From assembly GCA_945919375.1 (NCBI GenBank), contig CAMEJD010000007.1, positions 4,455-68,454 on the forward strand: a stretch of 64,000 nt of DNA, given 5' to 3'. The notes below the pieces were generated by a model, which saw nothing but the letters and a program-made list of their open reading frames with translations, was not told where the DNA came from and searched no databases. Positions 45,745-54,970 of the stretch are shown here, in pieces. Made by a program: the position numbers and the translations under genes. Every line of letters begins with the position of its first letter. Position 1 is the stretch's first letter. The stretch comes from an uncultured Clostridia bacterium. Lineage in GTDB: Bacteria > Bacillota > Clostridia > Christensenellales > UBA1242.

Positions 45745-46926
45745 TTATCTGGAAAGTTCCATTTCCTCATATTTATTTATATTGTTTGTGTTTTGTTTTG
45801 GTAATTGAGTCTTGGGTTGCTCAACTTTTGTTTTGTCGTTTGATTTATCTTTGTCAAGTTCATTTATATAGGACATAACTCCCAAATATTTCCCCATTTT
45901 CATACCAAACATAATTTCTTTGTCTAATTGGATTTTTAAACTTGGTTTTGGTGGATGAAGTCTATCTATATCTTTATCTTTCACTTTTTCCGGTTTGGAT
46001 ACATTTTCTATGGAAGGTTTTTTATCTTCTACCCCCGCCTTGCCTTTGCCGGAATCTTTTCCCTTATCCTTTCCACCAGCACTTTTTTCTTTTCCCTTTT
46101 CTTTTGCTTTTGCTTTTGGTTTTGGCTTTGGTATCATTGGTTTCTTTGCTTGTGGGGCTTTGGTTGCAACAACCAAACTTATACCTTTAAACTTATCTTT
46201 GAACAATTTTATAAATTGTTGGTTTACCTCTTCCATTTGTTTTCTATATTCTTGTGGAAGTTTTACGGCATTTTTGTATAAAATTTTATCTAAAATATCT
46301 TTTGTTGTTTGCCAATACTTTGGGTCAAGTTTGTCAACCGGGATTTTTGAGATTTCTTTTTTAAAAATCTTTAAAATCTCATCACCACTTGCACCACTTG
46401 CTTTTAATATTTTTAGCACATCTTGAATATATTTTTTATTTTGCATCATAAATGGTGCACTCATTGCCTTGAGTTTATCTTTTTTCTCCATTATTAAAGT
46501 TTCAAACTTTAATGCCGAATTTTTTATATCTTTGCCTTGGCTTTCATCTTTTGTTATAAGATTGAATGCCTTCTTTAATTTATCTAAAAAGTTATTATCA
46601 TTCGCTTCACAATAGTTTATTAAAAATGTGTCGAGTTCTTGTTTTTCATCATATAAATTAAAACTCTCCAGCAAATACAAACTTGCATATTTTTTGTTAT
46701 TTGCAACATCAATTGTAAATCGAAATTTTAATTTATAAGTATTGTTTGGAGTACAAAGTTCACATAACGCTTCGGTATCTTTGTATGAAGTTAGCATTTT
46801 TTTTGCACCAACAATTTCTTGAATTGAGTCTTGTGATACAACATACTTGTCTTCTTCATTAAAAGACCCAACAAGACCTTGAGATATTGCCAAGTTTTCT
46901 TGCAGAAATCTTTGATAATCTGTCAT
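45745..46926 (-). CDS. hypothetical 393-aa protein with a Lys/Gly/Pro-rich low-complexity segment
   Basis: The SD AGGAG precedes the ATG. The protein contains 'KKPMIPKPKPKAKAKEKGKEKSAGGKDKGKDSGKGKAGVEDKKP' and has no TM segment. Confidence 0.6.
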   Translation of the reverse strand: MTDYQRFLQENLAISQGLVGSFNEEDKYVVSQDSIQEIVGAKKMLTSYKDTEALCELCTPNNTYKLKFRFTIDVANNKKYASLYLLESFNLYDEKQELDTFLINYCEANDNNFLDKLKKAFNLITKDESQGKDIKNSALKFETLIMEKKDKLKAMSAPFMMQNKKYIQDVLKILKASGASGDEILKIFKKEISKIPVDKLDPKYWQTTKDILDKILYKNAVKLPQEYRKQMEEVNQQFIKLFKDKFKGISLVVATKAPQAKKPMIPKPKPKAKAKEKGKEKSAGGKDKGKDSGKGKAGVEDKKPSIENVSKPEKVKDKDIDRLHPPKPSLKIQLDKEIMFGMKMGKYLGVMSYINELDKDKSNDKTKVEQPKTQLPKQNTNNINKYEEMELSR

Positions 46927-46977
46927 ATGTACTCCTTTTTTCTATTTTACTACATTAAGCCTTGTTTTGCAATATTT

Positions 46978-48051
46978 TTATTTTAGTGACAAATTTTCCA
47001 ACTTTTGTTGTTGGTCGTGTTTTTGAAGTTCACAAATCATATCATCCAAATCGCCATCAAGGAATGCATCAATTGAGAACACTGAATAGTTTATTCTATG
47101 GTCAGTAATTCTCCCTTGTGGGAAGTTGTAGGTTCTTATTCTTTCACTTCTATCACCTGTTCCAACTTGGTTCTTTCTGTTTTGAGAATATTCTGTGTCT
47201 ATTTGAGTTTTGTAGTAATTATACAATTTTGCCTTTAATAGGTTCATTGCTTTTTCTCTGTTCTTTATTTGTGACCTTTCGTCTTGGCAAGTTACAACAA
47301 TTCCTGTTGGAAGGTGCGTCATTCTTATTGCACTATCAGTTTTGTTAATATGTTGTCCACCCGCACCGCTTGAACGATATGTGTCAATCCTTAAGTCTTT
47401 GTCCAAGATTTCAAAGTCAACTTCTTCAATTTCAGGGAGAACTGCAACAGTGACTGTTGATGTATGAACTCTGCCTTGTGATTCAGTTTCTGGAACTCTT
47501 TGAACTCTGTGAACACCACTTTCATATTTCAACTTGCTAAATGCATCTTTCCCACGAATTGTCAAACTACATTCCTTAAGTCCACCAAGTTCGGTTTGTT
47601 CAAGTTCATTCACTTCAACTTTCCATCCATTACGTTCTGCATATCTTACATACATATTCATAAGAGTGTTTGCAAAAAGTGCTGCTTCTTCACCACCAGC
47701 TGCCGGACGAACTTCAATTATTACATTTTTGTCGTCATTTTCATCTTTTGGCAAAAGCAATATTTGAATATGACTATTAAGCTCTTCAATCTCTTTTTTT
47801 GTGTTTTCAATATCTTCCTTGAATGCTTCAATCATTTCTGGGTCTGTTTCGGTTTTTACGACTTGTTCACTCTCTTCCAAATTTTTCATAAGTTTGGCAA
47901 GTTTATCGTGGCATTCGGCAATTTCTTCAATACTACTTCTTTCCTTTACCAATTTTTGCCATTCTTTGTTGTCGGCGATAATTTCAGGATCAACTACCAA
48001 TTTTGTAAGTTCATCATATCTTTGTTTAATTTTTGCTGTTTGTTCTAACAT
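46978..48051 (-). CDS. prfA: peptide chain release factor 1
   Basis: The GGQ motif is 'SSGAGGQHINKTDSAIR', and 'RVPETESQGRVHTST' is present. The length is 357 aa. Confidence 0.93.
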   Translation of the reverse strand: MLEQTAKIKQRYDELTKLVVDPEIIADNKEWQKLVKERSSIEEIAECHDKLAKLMKNLEESEQVVKTETDPEMIEAFKEDIENTKKEIEELNSHIQILLLPKDENDDKNVIIEVRPAAGGEEAALFANTLMNMYVRYAERNGWKVEVNELEQTELGGLKECSLTIRGKDAFSKLKYESGVHRVQRVPETESQGRVHTSTVTVAVLPEIEEVDFEILDKDLRIDTYRSSGAGGQHINKTDSAIRMTHLPTGIVVTCQDERSQIKNREKAMNLLKAKLYNYYKTQIDTEYSQNRKNQVGTGDRSERIRTYNFPQGRITDHRINYSVFSIDAFLDGDLDDMICELQKHDQQQKLENLSLK

Positions 48052-49756
48052 CTTTCTTCCCTTTTGTTTTTAATTTTGCAATTATTACTCTGTCATTATT
48101 TGAGTAATCTTTTATACATTTTATATCTTCAAAACTTTCACTTAAAAGACTTTCCACTTGTTGTTTTTGGTTGTAACCGATTTCCAAAAATAACATACCA
48201 TTTTTTGCAAGATATTTTGGTGTTTCGGTTGCAAGTATTCTATAAAAGTACAAGCCATCTTTTCCGCCATCCAAAGCAAGTTTTGGGTCATAATTTTTCA
48301 CTTCCACATCAAGACCATTTATTTCATTTGATGCAATATATGGTGGATTACTTACTATGATATCAAATTTTTTACTATTTTTCAAGTCGTCAAACATATT
48401 AGATAAAACAAAATTTATCTTAACATCGTTATTTTTGGCGTTTTGCATTGCAACTTGCAATGCCTTTTTGGAAACATCAACTGCCGTAAAATTTGCATCC
48501 ATATTTTTTGCCATACTTATTGCAATAATCCCACTACCTGTGCACATATCCAAAATATTCATTTTGGGTTTGCAATATTTTAGAGCATTCTCAACCAAAA
48601 TTTCTGTATCTTGTCTTGGAGAAAGTACATCTTTTGTGACGATAAAGTTGTAGCCGTAAAACTCAGTCCTTCCGAAAATTTTTGTTATTGGTTCTCCTTT
48701 TATTCGTCTTTGGGTGCACTTTTCTATTTCCTGTTGTTGTTTTGTTGTGATTTTTGTTGTAAGCAAAAGTTGTGAGCGTTTTATATTAAGTACTTCACAA
48801 ATCAAAAAATCGGCCTCACTTTCATCCAAAATCCCAGCAGACTTTAACTGCTGTTTCACTTTGCTATAAACCGATGAAAAAGTTACTTCTTTATCCAAAA
48901 GTTTGTTTGTATCCACAATTCCTCTCTTGTTTGATTTCATCAATAATAATTCTTGCAATGCATAATCTGCAATTTCTAATTCTGTTTTTGTTGGTCTTTC
49001 AACAATCAAAAATTCAAAAATTATTGTTGTTTTGTTAAGCCAATTATACTTGGAATTTTCTAATAAATAAAGTATTTCATAAATAACACAAAAACAAATT
49101 ATGCTAATCACAAAATTTACCAAAATTTTCCAAATACTATCACTACTAAATCCCAAAAGTGCCAACATTATGTTTGAAAACATAAACGAACACAAAATGA
49201 AATGTAGATAGTTTGTTGGTTTGTACAAATTGCCATTTGAATTTAGCAAATTTGTGCACCCATTGAACCTGTAAAACTGCCTAAATGCAAGAGTGTATCT
49301 CACCGAAAGCAAAATCAAAAACAAAATTAGGTTTTTACAAGTCCCAACCATAAATCTATTTAGTATTATGTTTTTCGTGTAACCGGTTAAAAGCACCGAA
49401 AGTGCCATTGGCAAATAACCAAATAAAAGTATGCTACAAGTTATCGCCAAAACAAGAACAATGACTTTCATAACAGTTTTTGTTTTTACATTTAACCCAT
49501 TTGATATGTTTTTTACTGCACTATTGTCTGAATAAGAAAATGGCATTTTTATTAAATTTTTTATAAAGAAATATGTGCCAAAAACCAAATATTCAAGACC
49601 TCTTAAAATCGGAATGTTGTTAAAAACTACTTTTATTTTGTTCCTTTTTGAAACTAGATAAGATTTGCCTTTTGTGTCAACATAACTTTGTGCCATATTT
49701 TTGCCACAATAGAAACTTGTACCATACAAATTTGGCATTGAATATATTTTTTCCAT
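48026..49756 (-). CDS. prmC: fusion protein: degenerate DUF1385-like membrane domain + release-factor glutamine methyltransferase PrmC
   Basis: The C-terminal ~280 aa carry 'ILDMCTGSGIIA', 'IVSNPPYI' and 'DPKLALDGGKDGLYFY'. The N-terminal ~290 aa are polytopic membrane, with 'IPILRGLEYLVFG' and 'ERPTKTELEIADYALQEL' resembling DUF1385. Confidence 0.85.
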   Translation of the reverse strand: MEKIYSMPNLYGTSFYCGKNMAQSYVDTKGKSYLVSKRNKIKVVFNNIPILRGLEYLVFGTYFFIKNLIKMPFSYSDNSAVKNISNGLNVKTKTVMKVIVLVLAITCSILLFGYLPMALSVLLTGYTKNIILNRFMVGTCKNLILFLILLSVRYTLAFRQFYRFNGCTNLLNSNGNLYKPTNYLHFILCSFMFSNIMLALLGFSSDSIWKILVNFVISIICFCVIYEILYLLENSKYNWLNKTTIIFEFLIVERPTKTELEIADYALQELLLMKSNKRGIVDTNKLLDKEVTFSSVYSKVKQQLKSAGILDESEADFLICEVLNIKRSQLLLTTKITTKQQQEIEKCTQRRIKGEPITKIFGRTEFYGYNFIVTKDVLSPRQDTEILVENALKYCKPKMNILDMCTGSGIIAISMAKNMDANFTAVDVSKKALQVAMQNAKNNDVKINFVLSNMFDDLKNSKKFDIIVSNPPYIASNEINGLDVEVKNYDPKLALDGGKDGLYFYRILATETPKYLAKNGMLFLEIGYNQKQQVESLLSESFEDIKCIKDYSNNDRVIIAKLKTKGKKDVRTNSKN

Positions 49757-49790
49757 ATAATAAGTATGACCAAATTTTGGCTTTTAACAC

Positions 49791-49820
49791 ATAATAAAAG
49801 CCACTAACATAGTGGCTTTT
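49791..49820 (-). terminator. hairpin (terminator/attenuator) between rpmE and the prmC fusion
   Basis: The 10-bp stem AAAAGCCACT (49796-49805) pairs with AGTGGCTTTT (49811-49820). On the minus strand it is followed by TTTTATT. Confidence 0.5.
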
Positions 49821-49832
49821 GGGGTTACATTA

Positions 49833-50036
49833 TTAAATATTGTGAGTTTTCTTAAACTTGTCAACTCTTCCGCTAACATCAACGATTTTTTGTTTGCCAG
49901 AGAAGAATGGATGGCATTTGTTACAAATGTCAACTTTAATTGTATCCCCATGAACAGCTGAGCCTGTTTTGAAAGTGTTTCCGCAAGCACAAACAACTGT
50001 TACTTCATGATAATTTGGATGTCCTTCTGTTTTCAT
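49833..50036 (-). CDS. rpmE: 50S ribosomal protein L31 (Cys-containing type)
   Basis: The sequence is '[26 protein letters not shown]...[17 protein letters not shown]'. Confidence 0.92.
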   Translation of the reverse strand: MKTEGHPNYHEVTVVCACGNTFKTGSAVHGDTIKVDICNKCHPFFSGKQKIVDVSGRVDKFKKTHNI

Positions 50037-50114
50037 TTCATTTCACCTTTTAATTAAATTTTATACTTTTGTAGCATAACATAAACAAACAAAGATGTCA
50101 ACACAAATCAATAA

Positions 50115-51419
50115 CTATTTTAAACTATATGCCAAGTTTACTATATCGCCTGCTCCCAAAATCAAAATATCATATCCTTGTACTGCTTTTTCTTGTATTT
50201 TTTCTTTTGCGAGCGAAAATGAAGCAAAGTATTTACAATTTTTACCATTAAATTTTAATGCTTTATAAAGAGCAAATGCACTCGCCGATTTATCTGGTTT
50301 TTCTCTTGCAGGAAATGTCTTTATAAGATATAACATATCAACATTATCAAAACAAGTTAAAAATTCATTAAAAAGTGTTTTTGTTCGTGAATAAGTGTGA
50401 GGTTGAAAGACAACCAGAACTTTTTTATTTGTGCAATTTTTAAATGTTTGTATTGTCTCTTTTATCTCGGTAGGATGGTGTGCGTAATCATGAACAACAA
50501 GTGATTGCTTTTTTATTATTTCAAACCTGCGTTGTATGTTTAGTGGCATACACAGACCAATCTTTACATATTTTTTTGGAACATTTAGTTGGACACACAC
50601 ACCAATCACTGCAAGCGAATTTATTACACTATGTTGCCCATAACATCCCAAATCTATGTGTGCAAAAAATTTACCGTTAATATATGCATCATAAGAAAAT
50701 TTACCTTTGCGATTCATTACATTTTTTGCAATTATGTTTTTATTGTCAAATCCAAAACTAATGTTATTTTTATTAGAACAATCAAAATTTGAAATAGTCA
50801 GATTTGAATTCTCCAGATATTTTTTATAAGAAAGTTTTTCATTATAAAAAGATTTAAAATAATCCAAATGTTCGGGTTCTACATTCAAAACAACCCCAAC
50901 CTTTGATTTTAAATTCAAAAAGCAATCGTGATACTCACAAGCTTCTGTAACAAAATAATTTTTATCACCATTGATAAATCCAAAACTGTGTCCCTTGATT
51001 ATTCCACCGATATGCAATGTTGGGTTCATCCCTGCCACCAAAAGGCAGTTATATATCATTTCCGTTGTACTCGTTTTCCCATGAGAACCGGCAATTGAAA
51101 TAACATTTTTATACTTTTGAGAAATAAACCCCAAAAGTTCACCACGTGAATATGTTTTTATTTTATTTTCTTTTGAATATTTTAATTCAACATTATCTCT
51201 TTTTATTGCATAGTTGTATATAACAACATCAACATTAGAAAGGTTTGATTTTTTGTGTCCAAAAAACACCTTTATTCCCAATCTTTGCAAATCATCTGTA
51301 ATTTTTGATTTATGTATGTCGCTACCTTGAACATTATATCCACAACTTTTGATATAGAATGCAAGAGCCGACATACTTATTCCGCCAATGCCTATAAAAT
51401 GGAATAACAAATTTTTCAT
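50115..51419 (-). CDS. murC: UDP-N-acetylmuramate--L-alanine ligase
   Basis: The motifs 'HFIGIGGISMSALA', 'SIAGSHGKTSTTEM' and 'VVHDYAHHPTEI' are present. Confidence 0.9.
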   Translation of the reverse strand: MKNLLFHFIGIGGISMSALAFYIKSCGYNVQGSDIHKSKITDDLQRLGIKVFFGHKKSNLSNVDVVIYNYAIKRDNVELKYSKENKIKTYSRGELLGFISQKYKNVISIAGSHGKTSTTEMIYNCLLVAGMNPTLHIGGIIKGHSFGFINGDKNYFVTEACEYHDCFLNLKSKVGVVLNVEPEHLDYFKSFYNEKLSYKKYLENSNLTISNFDCSNKNNISFGFDNKNIIAKNVMNRKGKFSYDAYINGKFFAHIDLGCYGQHSVINSLAVIGVCVQLNVPKKYVKIGLCMPLNIQRRFEIIKKQSLVVHDYAHHPTEIKETIQTFKNCTNKKVLVVFQPHTYSRTKTLFNEFLTCFDNVDMLYLIKTFPAREKPDKSASAFALYKALKFNGKNCKYFASFSLAKEKIQEKAVQGYDILILGAGDIVNLAYSLK

Positions 51420-51534
51420 ATAAAAATATATGTAAATTTATAAATTTAGTTCACTTAAAAATCTTGTAAAATTATTTGCGTATAACTCAATTTTGTGATA
51501 TAAATATATTAGTTACAAAAAAGGAGATTCAGTT

Positions 51535-51804
51535 ATGAACATTACAGAAGTAAGAGTAAGACTTGTAAACAAAGAAGATTCAAAATTAAAGGCAGTTGCT
51601 TCAATGACAATTGACGGATGTTTTGTTATTCACGACATCAAAGTTATTCAAGGAAATGAAGGATTGTTTATTTCTATGCCTTCAAGAAAAACTCCAGAAG
51701 GTGAATACAAAGATATCGTTCATCCAATCAACACTGAAACAAGAGAAGCAATCAGCAAAAAAATAATTGAAGCATATGAACAAGAATCTAACAAAGCTGA
51801 GTAA
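51535..51804 (+). CDS. spoVG: septation/regulatory protein SpoVG
   Basis: The sequence is '[66 protein letters not shown]'. Confidence 0.92.
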   Translation: MNITEVRVRLVNKEDSKLKAVASMTIDGCFVIHDIKVIQGNEGLFISMPSRKTPEGEYKDIVHPINTETREAISKKIIEAYEQESNKAE

Positions 51805-51816
51805 TTAAGTGAAAAA

Positions 51817-51846
51817 ATACCACATCAAGTGATGTGGTATTTTTTA
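51817..51846 (+). terminator. intrinsic terminator after spoVG
   Basis: The 10-bp stem ATACCACATC (51817-51826) pairs with GATGTGGTAT (51831-51840) and is followed by TTTTT. Confidence 0.7.
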
Positions 51847-51854
51847 TGGTAATT

Positions 51855-51900
51855 AAAATAAAAAAGAGAGAACGGCAAAACTAAAAAAACCTTTCTCTCT
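51855..51900 (-). terminator. possible terminator after the Sel1-like gene
   Basis: The stem AGAGAGAA (51865-51872) pairs with TTCTCTCT (51893-51900) around a 20-nt loop. On the minus strand a T-run follows. Confidence 0.35.
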
Positions 51901-51916
51901 ATAAGGAGATATCCAT

Positions 51917-51994
51917 ATGAAAAATGATATCTACAAACATAATTTCTTATGCTTGCTCTTACATTATATAGCAATTCCATGCAATTGTCAATAG
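51917..51994 (+). CDS. candidate 25-aa small ORF (MKNDIYKHNFLCLLLHYIAIPCNCQ)
   Basis: AAGGAGA sits 7 nt before the ATG. The start codon lies in the loop of the inverted repeat AGATATC/GATATCT. There is no other support. Confidence 0.2.
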   Translation: MKNDIYKHNFLCLLLHYIAIPCNCQ

Positions 51995-52000
51995 TGAATT

Positions 52001-52615
52001 TTAAATTCCTTTTGATTTTTTTATTAAATCTCTAAAATAGTTATCAACATTAGTCATTGCCTTGTTTAGTGCCATAGTAAATCTTTGTAATATCAATTGG
52101 TCATATTTTAGTTCAACAACCTTTTGCTTTGATAATTCCAAAGCATCAATCCCTAATTCCTTTACCATTTCTTGGCAAATTACTTCACCCAATAAAATTT
52201 GGTAGTTATCATTGTTTATTCCCATAATCGCCAACAAATCAGGATAATAATCGCTAAATATTATACTGTCATAGGCATAGTTAAAGAACAGACTCAACTT
52301 TGTTATTGAATGCTTGTTACCATTTGCACCTGCCAAAAAAAGCCATTTATACGATAACTCAACATTTTCCGGGAGTGCTGGATTTGAGTGTTTGAACCAA
52401 TAAGAAAGTAAATCTTGTGCAACGACATCTCCCATAACTGCTTGCTCGCATTGTTTAAGATATTCATTTGCATAAATATCTTCAATTTCAATAGAGCCTT
52501 TTCCATAGGTCATTTTTGCAATTGTTGCCCTTCTCTTTAGGAATTCATTTCTATAATAATCGATTGTATCTGTCCTGTTATATGTTATACCTTCAACTTG
52601 TTTTATAATTTTCAT
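52001..52615 (-). CDS. hypothetical protein with a Sel1-like repeat candidate
   Basis: 'GDVVAQDLLSYWFKHSNPALPENVELSYKWLFLAGANGNKHSITKLSLFF' resembles one or two Sel1 repeats. I set the start at ATG 52615, after GGAG. Confidence 0.45.
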   Translation of the reverse strand: MKIIKQVEGITYNRTDTIDYYRNEFLKRRATIAKMTYGKGSIEIEDIYANEYLKQCEQAVMGDVVAQDLLSYWFKHSNPALPENVELSYKWLFLAGANGNKHSITKLSLFFNYAYDSIIFSDYYPDLLAIMGINNDNYQILLGEVICQEMVKELGIDALELSKQKVVELKYDQLILQRFTMALNKAMTNVDNYFRDLIKKSKGI

Positions 52616-52658
52616 AATAATCTCCAAAAACTATTCAAGATTATTATAACAAAAATTA

Positions 52659-53363
52659 TTAAACATTACTACTAGATTTTGGTGCCTTTTTTGAACTTTT
52701 TTGCTTTTCTTTTTTAGCATCCAAATAATATCCGCTGACAACCATTTCAAAATAAGGATATATAAAGACAAAGAAAACAAATGTAGATATAATTAGTGGA
52801 ACAACAATCCCAACCCAACTTGGCACACTTGCAAAATAGTTTAGAATAATCATTAAGCAAGAGAAAACAAGGTCAACAACCAGCACAAAGAATGCTTCCA
52901 TAAGATAAACTAAAAATATTTCAAGTCTTTTACCATAAACCAACTTTTTGCTTTCATTTAGACACCTTGTGGCTGAATATGACGGGTTATCTGCCATAAT
53001 ATAAGGTGCAAAACTATAATTTAACCCACAAACAATGCCAGGAAAAACTAAAAGAATTGACCAAAGACAAATTAAAACAAGACTACAAATTTGCAAGCAA
53101 AAACAAGAAATACACCTTTTGTAATATAAAAACACGCCTTCAACTTTTATTTCTTTGCCTTGTATACTATTTACGACATTACTTTTAAATCCAACGAGTG
53201 CAAATGAAAAAACAAAAAATGCAAGTGCAAAACCAAATATTGGAAAAAGCAAGCACAGAAATACACTCACCCACATTACAAAACTTGATAACATAACATC
53301 AAAATTACTTTGATGAAAAATCTCATTTGTTTTTTGCCATAAATAATCATTTTTATTTTTCAT
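52659..53363 (-). CDS. DUF975-family integral membrane protein
   Basis: The protein is polytopic, and 'LLVFPGIVCGLNYSFAPYIMADNPSYSATRCLNESKKLVYGKRLEIF' matches the DUF975 signature as I recall it. Confidence 0.7.
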   Translation of the reverse strand: MKNKNDYLWQKTNEIFHQSNFDVMLSSFVMWVSVFLCLLFPIFGFALAFFVFSFALVGFKSNVVNSIQGKEIKVEGVFLYYKRCISCFCLQICSLVLICLWSILLVFPGIVCGLNYSFAPYIMADNPSYSATRCLNESKKLVYGKRLEIFLVYLMEAFFVLVVDLVFSCLMIILNYFASVPSWVGIVVPLIISTFVFFVFIYPYFEMVVSGYYLDAKKEKQKSSKKAPKSSSNV

Positions 53364-53442
53364 GAACTTTCCTTTTTGTAAGTATTTGCAAAAAGAAAAA
53401 TTTTAATCATAAAAAAAATATGCACAAGCGTGCATATCTTTT

Positions 53443-54909
53443 TTACATAAGTGGTGAAAATAATCTTAATATTGCTTGAGCAAACTTACTGGACAAAAAT
53501 CTTCTCTTGTAAGTTTGTTTTGTAAGTAATTCACTATTTTCTATATCGTGCAAAAATATTTTTTTGTTTTGTTCCACAAAATCTTGTCCATACATAACAG
53601 CAGATATTTCAAAGTTTAAGGCAAAAGACCTATTATCCATATTGCATGTTCCAATTGCAACAGCAAGGTCATCAACTAATATTGTTTTTGAATGAATAAA
53701 TCCTTTGTACAAATATACATCAACGCCAATATCTAATAGTCTTTTTATATAAGACAAAGTTACATAATATACAATTTTTTTGTCAGGTTTTTTGGGTATC
53801 ATAATTTTTACATCTACACCGCTTTTCTTTGCCATGATAACGGCCTTCATAAAAGTTTCGTCAGGTATAAAGTATGGTGTTTGAATATATACCCTTTTTT
53901 TTGCAAGATTTATCATTTTTATATAAGTATCTTCAATATTTCGTTCATCGCTTTCCGGTCCACTTGTAATGATTTGAATTCCAACATTACCTTTGTTGGT
54001 TAAAGAATCTTGATCAAAGTAACCTTGTTCAACAAGTTTTTTTGCATCAAGTCTTTCCTTTTTTACACATCTAAAATCATTAAAGAAAACATTTTGCAAA
54101 TCCCATACAGCCCTACCTTCAATTCTTATATGTGTATCTCGCCAAGGCGAGACTTTTTTTACCTTGCCCATATGATCATCTCGAATGTTTATTCCACCTG
54201 TGTAGGCAATTTTTCCATCAATTACAACAATTTTCCTGTGATTTCTATAATTGATTTTTAGGTTTATCAATCTTATTCCCATAAATGGTGGGAAAAATTC
54301 TGCGACTTCGCCCCCATATCTTTTTAACTTCCTAAAAAATCTTCTTGGCGTTCCCAAACATCCAACAGAGTCATAGATTAGTTTTACTTTTACACCACTC
54401 TTTGCTTTTTCTAACAAAATATTCATTATTTCTTTGCCAACGTTATCATTCGCAAAAATGTAATATTCAATATTTATTGAATTTTGGGCATTTTTTAAAT
54501 CTTGTTTTAGACGCTCAATTTTTTCTTCGCCACTTGTAAAGACTTCAACTTTATTATCTGTTGTAAATGCATAGTTGTCATCGCTCTTTATAAATTTTAT
54601 TAAATCATATGCATAATCATATTTTTCGTTTTGTGCTTTTAGTGCCTTAAAATTAACTCTTTGCCATGATACAAACTTATAATAATCTATTGTATATCTT
54701 TTTTTTCGGTTAATAAGTCGTCTTGTTCTAATGCTTAACCCACCACCAAATAGAAGATACAAAACAAACCCAATGACTGGCAAAAAGGTTAAAACAACAA
54801 ACCAACTTAATATTGTGTTTGGTTGTTTTCTCTCTGCCATTATCATTGTAAATAGAAGTATAAAATTTAATATAAATATCGTAATTAAAATTATTGTCTC
54901 TGTGTTCAT
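53443..54909 (-). CDS. cls: cardiolipin synthase
   Basis: Two N-terminal TM segments are present. The two HKD motifs are 'NHRKIVVIDGKIAYTGGINI' and 'IHSKTILVDDLAVAIGTCNMDNRSF'. Confidence 0.92.
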   Translation of the reverse strand: MNTETIILITIFILNFILLFTMIMAERKQPNTILSWFVVLTFLPVIGFVLYLLFGGGLSIRTRRLINRKKRYTIDYYKFVSWQRVNFKALKAQNEKYDYAYDLIKFIKSDDNYAFTTDNKVEVFTSGEEKIERLKQDLKNAQNSINIEYYIFANDNVGKEIMNILLEKAKSGVKVKLIYDSVGCLGTPRRFFRKLKRYGGEVAEFFPPFMGIRLINLKINYRNHRKIVVIDGKIAYTGGINIRDDHMGKVKKVSPWRDTHIRIEGRAVWDLQNVFFNDFRCVKKERLDAKKLVEQGYFDQDSLTNKGNVGIQIITSGPESDERNIEDTYIKMINLAKKRVYIQTPYFIPDETFMKAVIMAKKSGVDVKIMIPKKPDKKIVYYVTLSYIKRLLDIGVDVYLYKGFIHSKTILVDDLAVAIGTCNMDNRSFALNFEISAVMYGQDFVEQNKKIFLHDIENSELLTKQTYKRRFLSSKFAQAILRLFSPLM

Positions 54910-54970
54910 ATTTCCCTTTTTTTAACAAAAGACGGAAAAAAGTTTATCCGCCTTTTGTCAAGTTTTAAAA

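Noticed and set aside
47500-48048. 182-aa ORF antisense to prfA, and similar long antisense ORFs at 2011-2496, 9046-9453, 39435-39833 and 45995-46426
   Set aside because: All lie fully inside well-supported genes on the opposite strand and have low-complexity F/L/S-rich products. This is the typical shadow-ORF pattern.
54917-54965. Terminator between the giant ORF and cls
   Set aside because: The hairpin AAAAGACGG/CCGCCTTTT has a central mismatch and a 12-nt loop. On the minus strand it is followed by an A-run rather than a T-run, so it is too weak to call.
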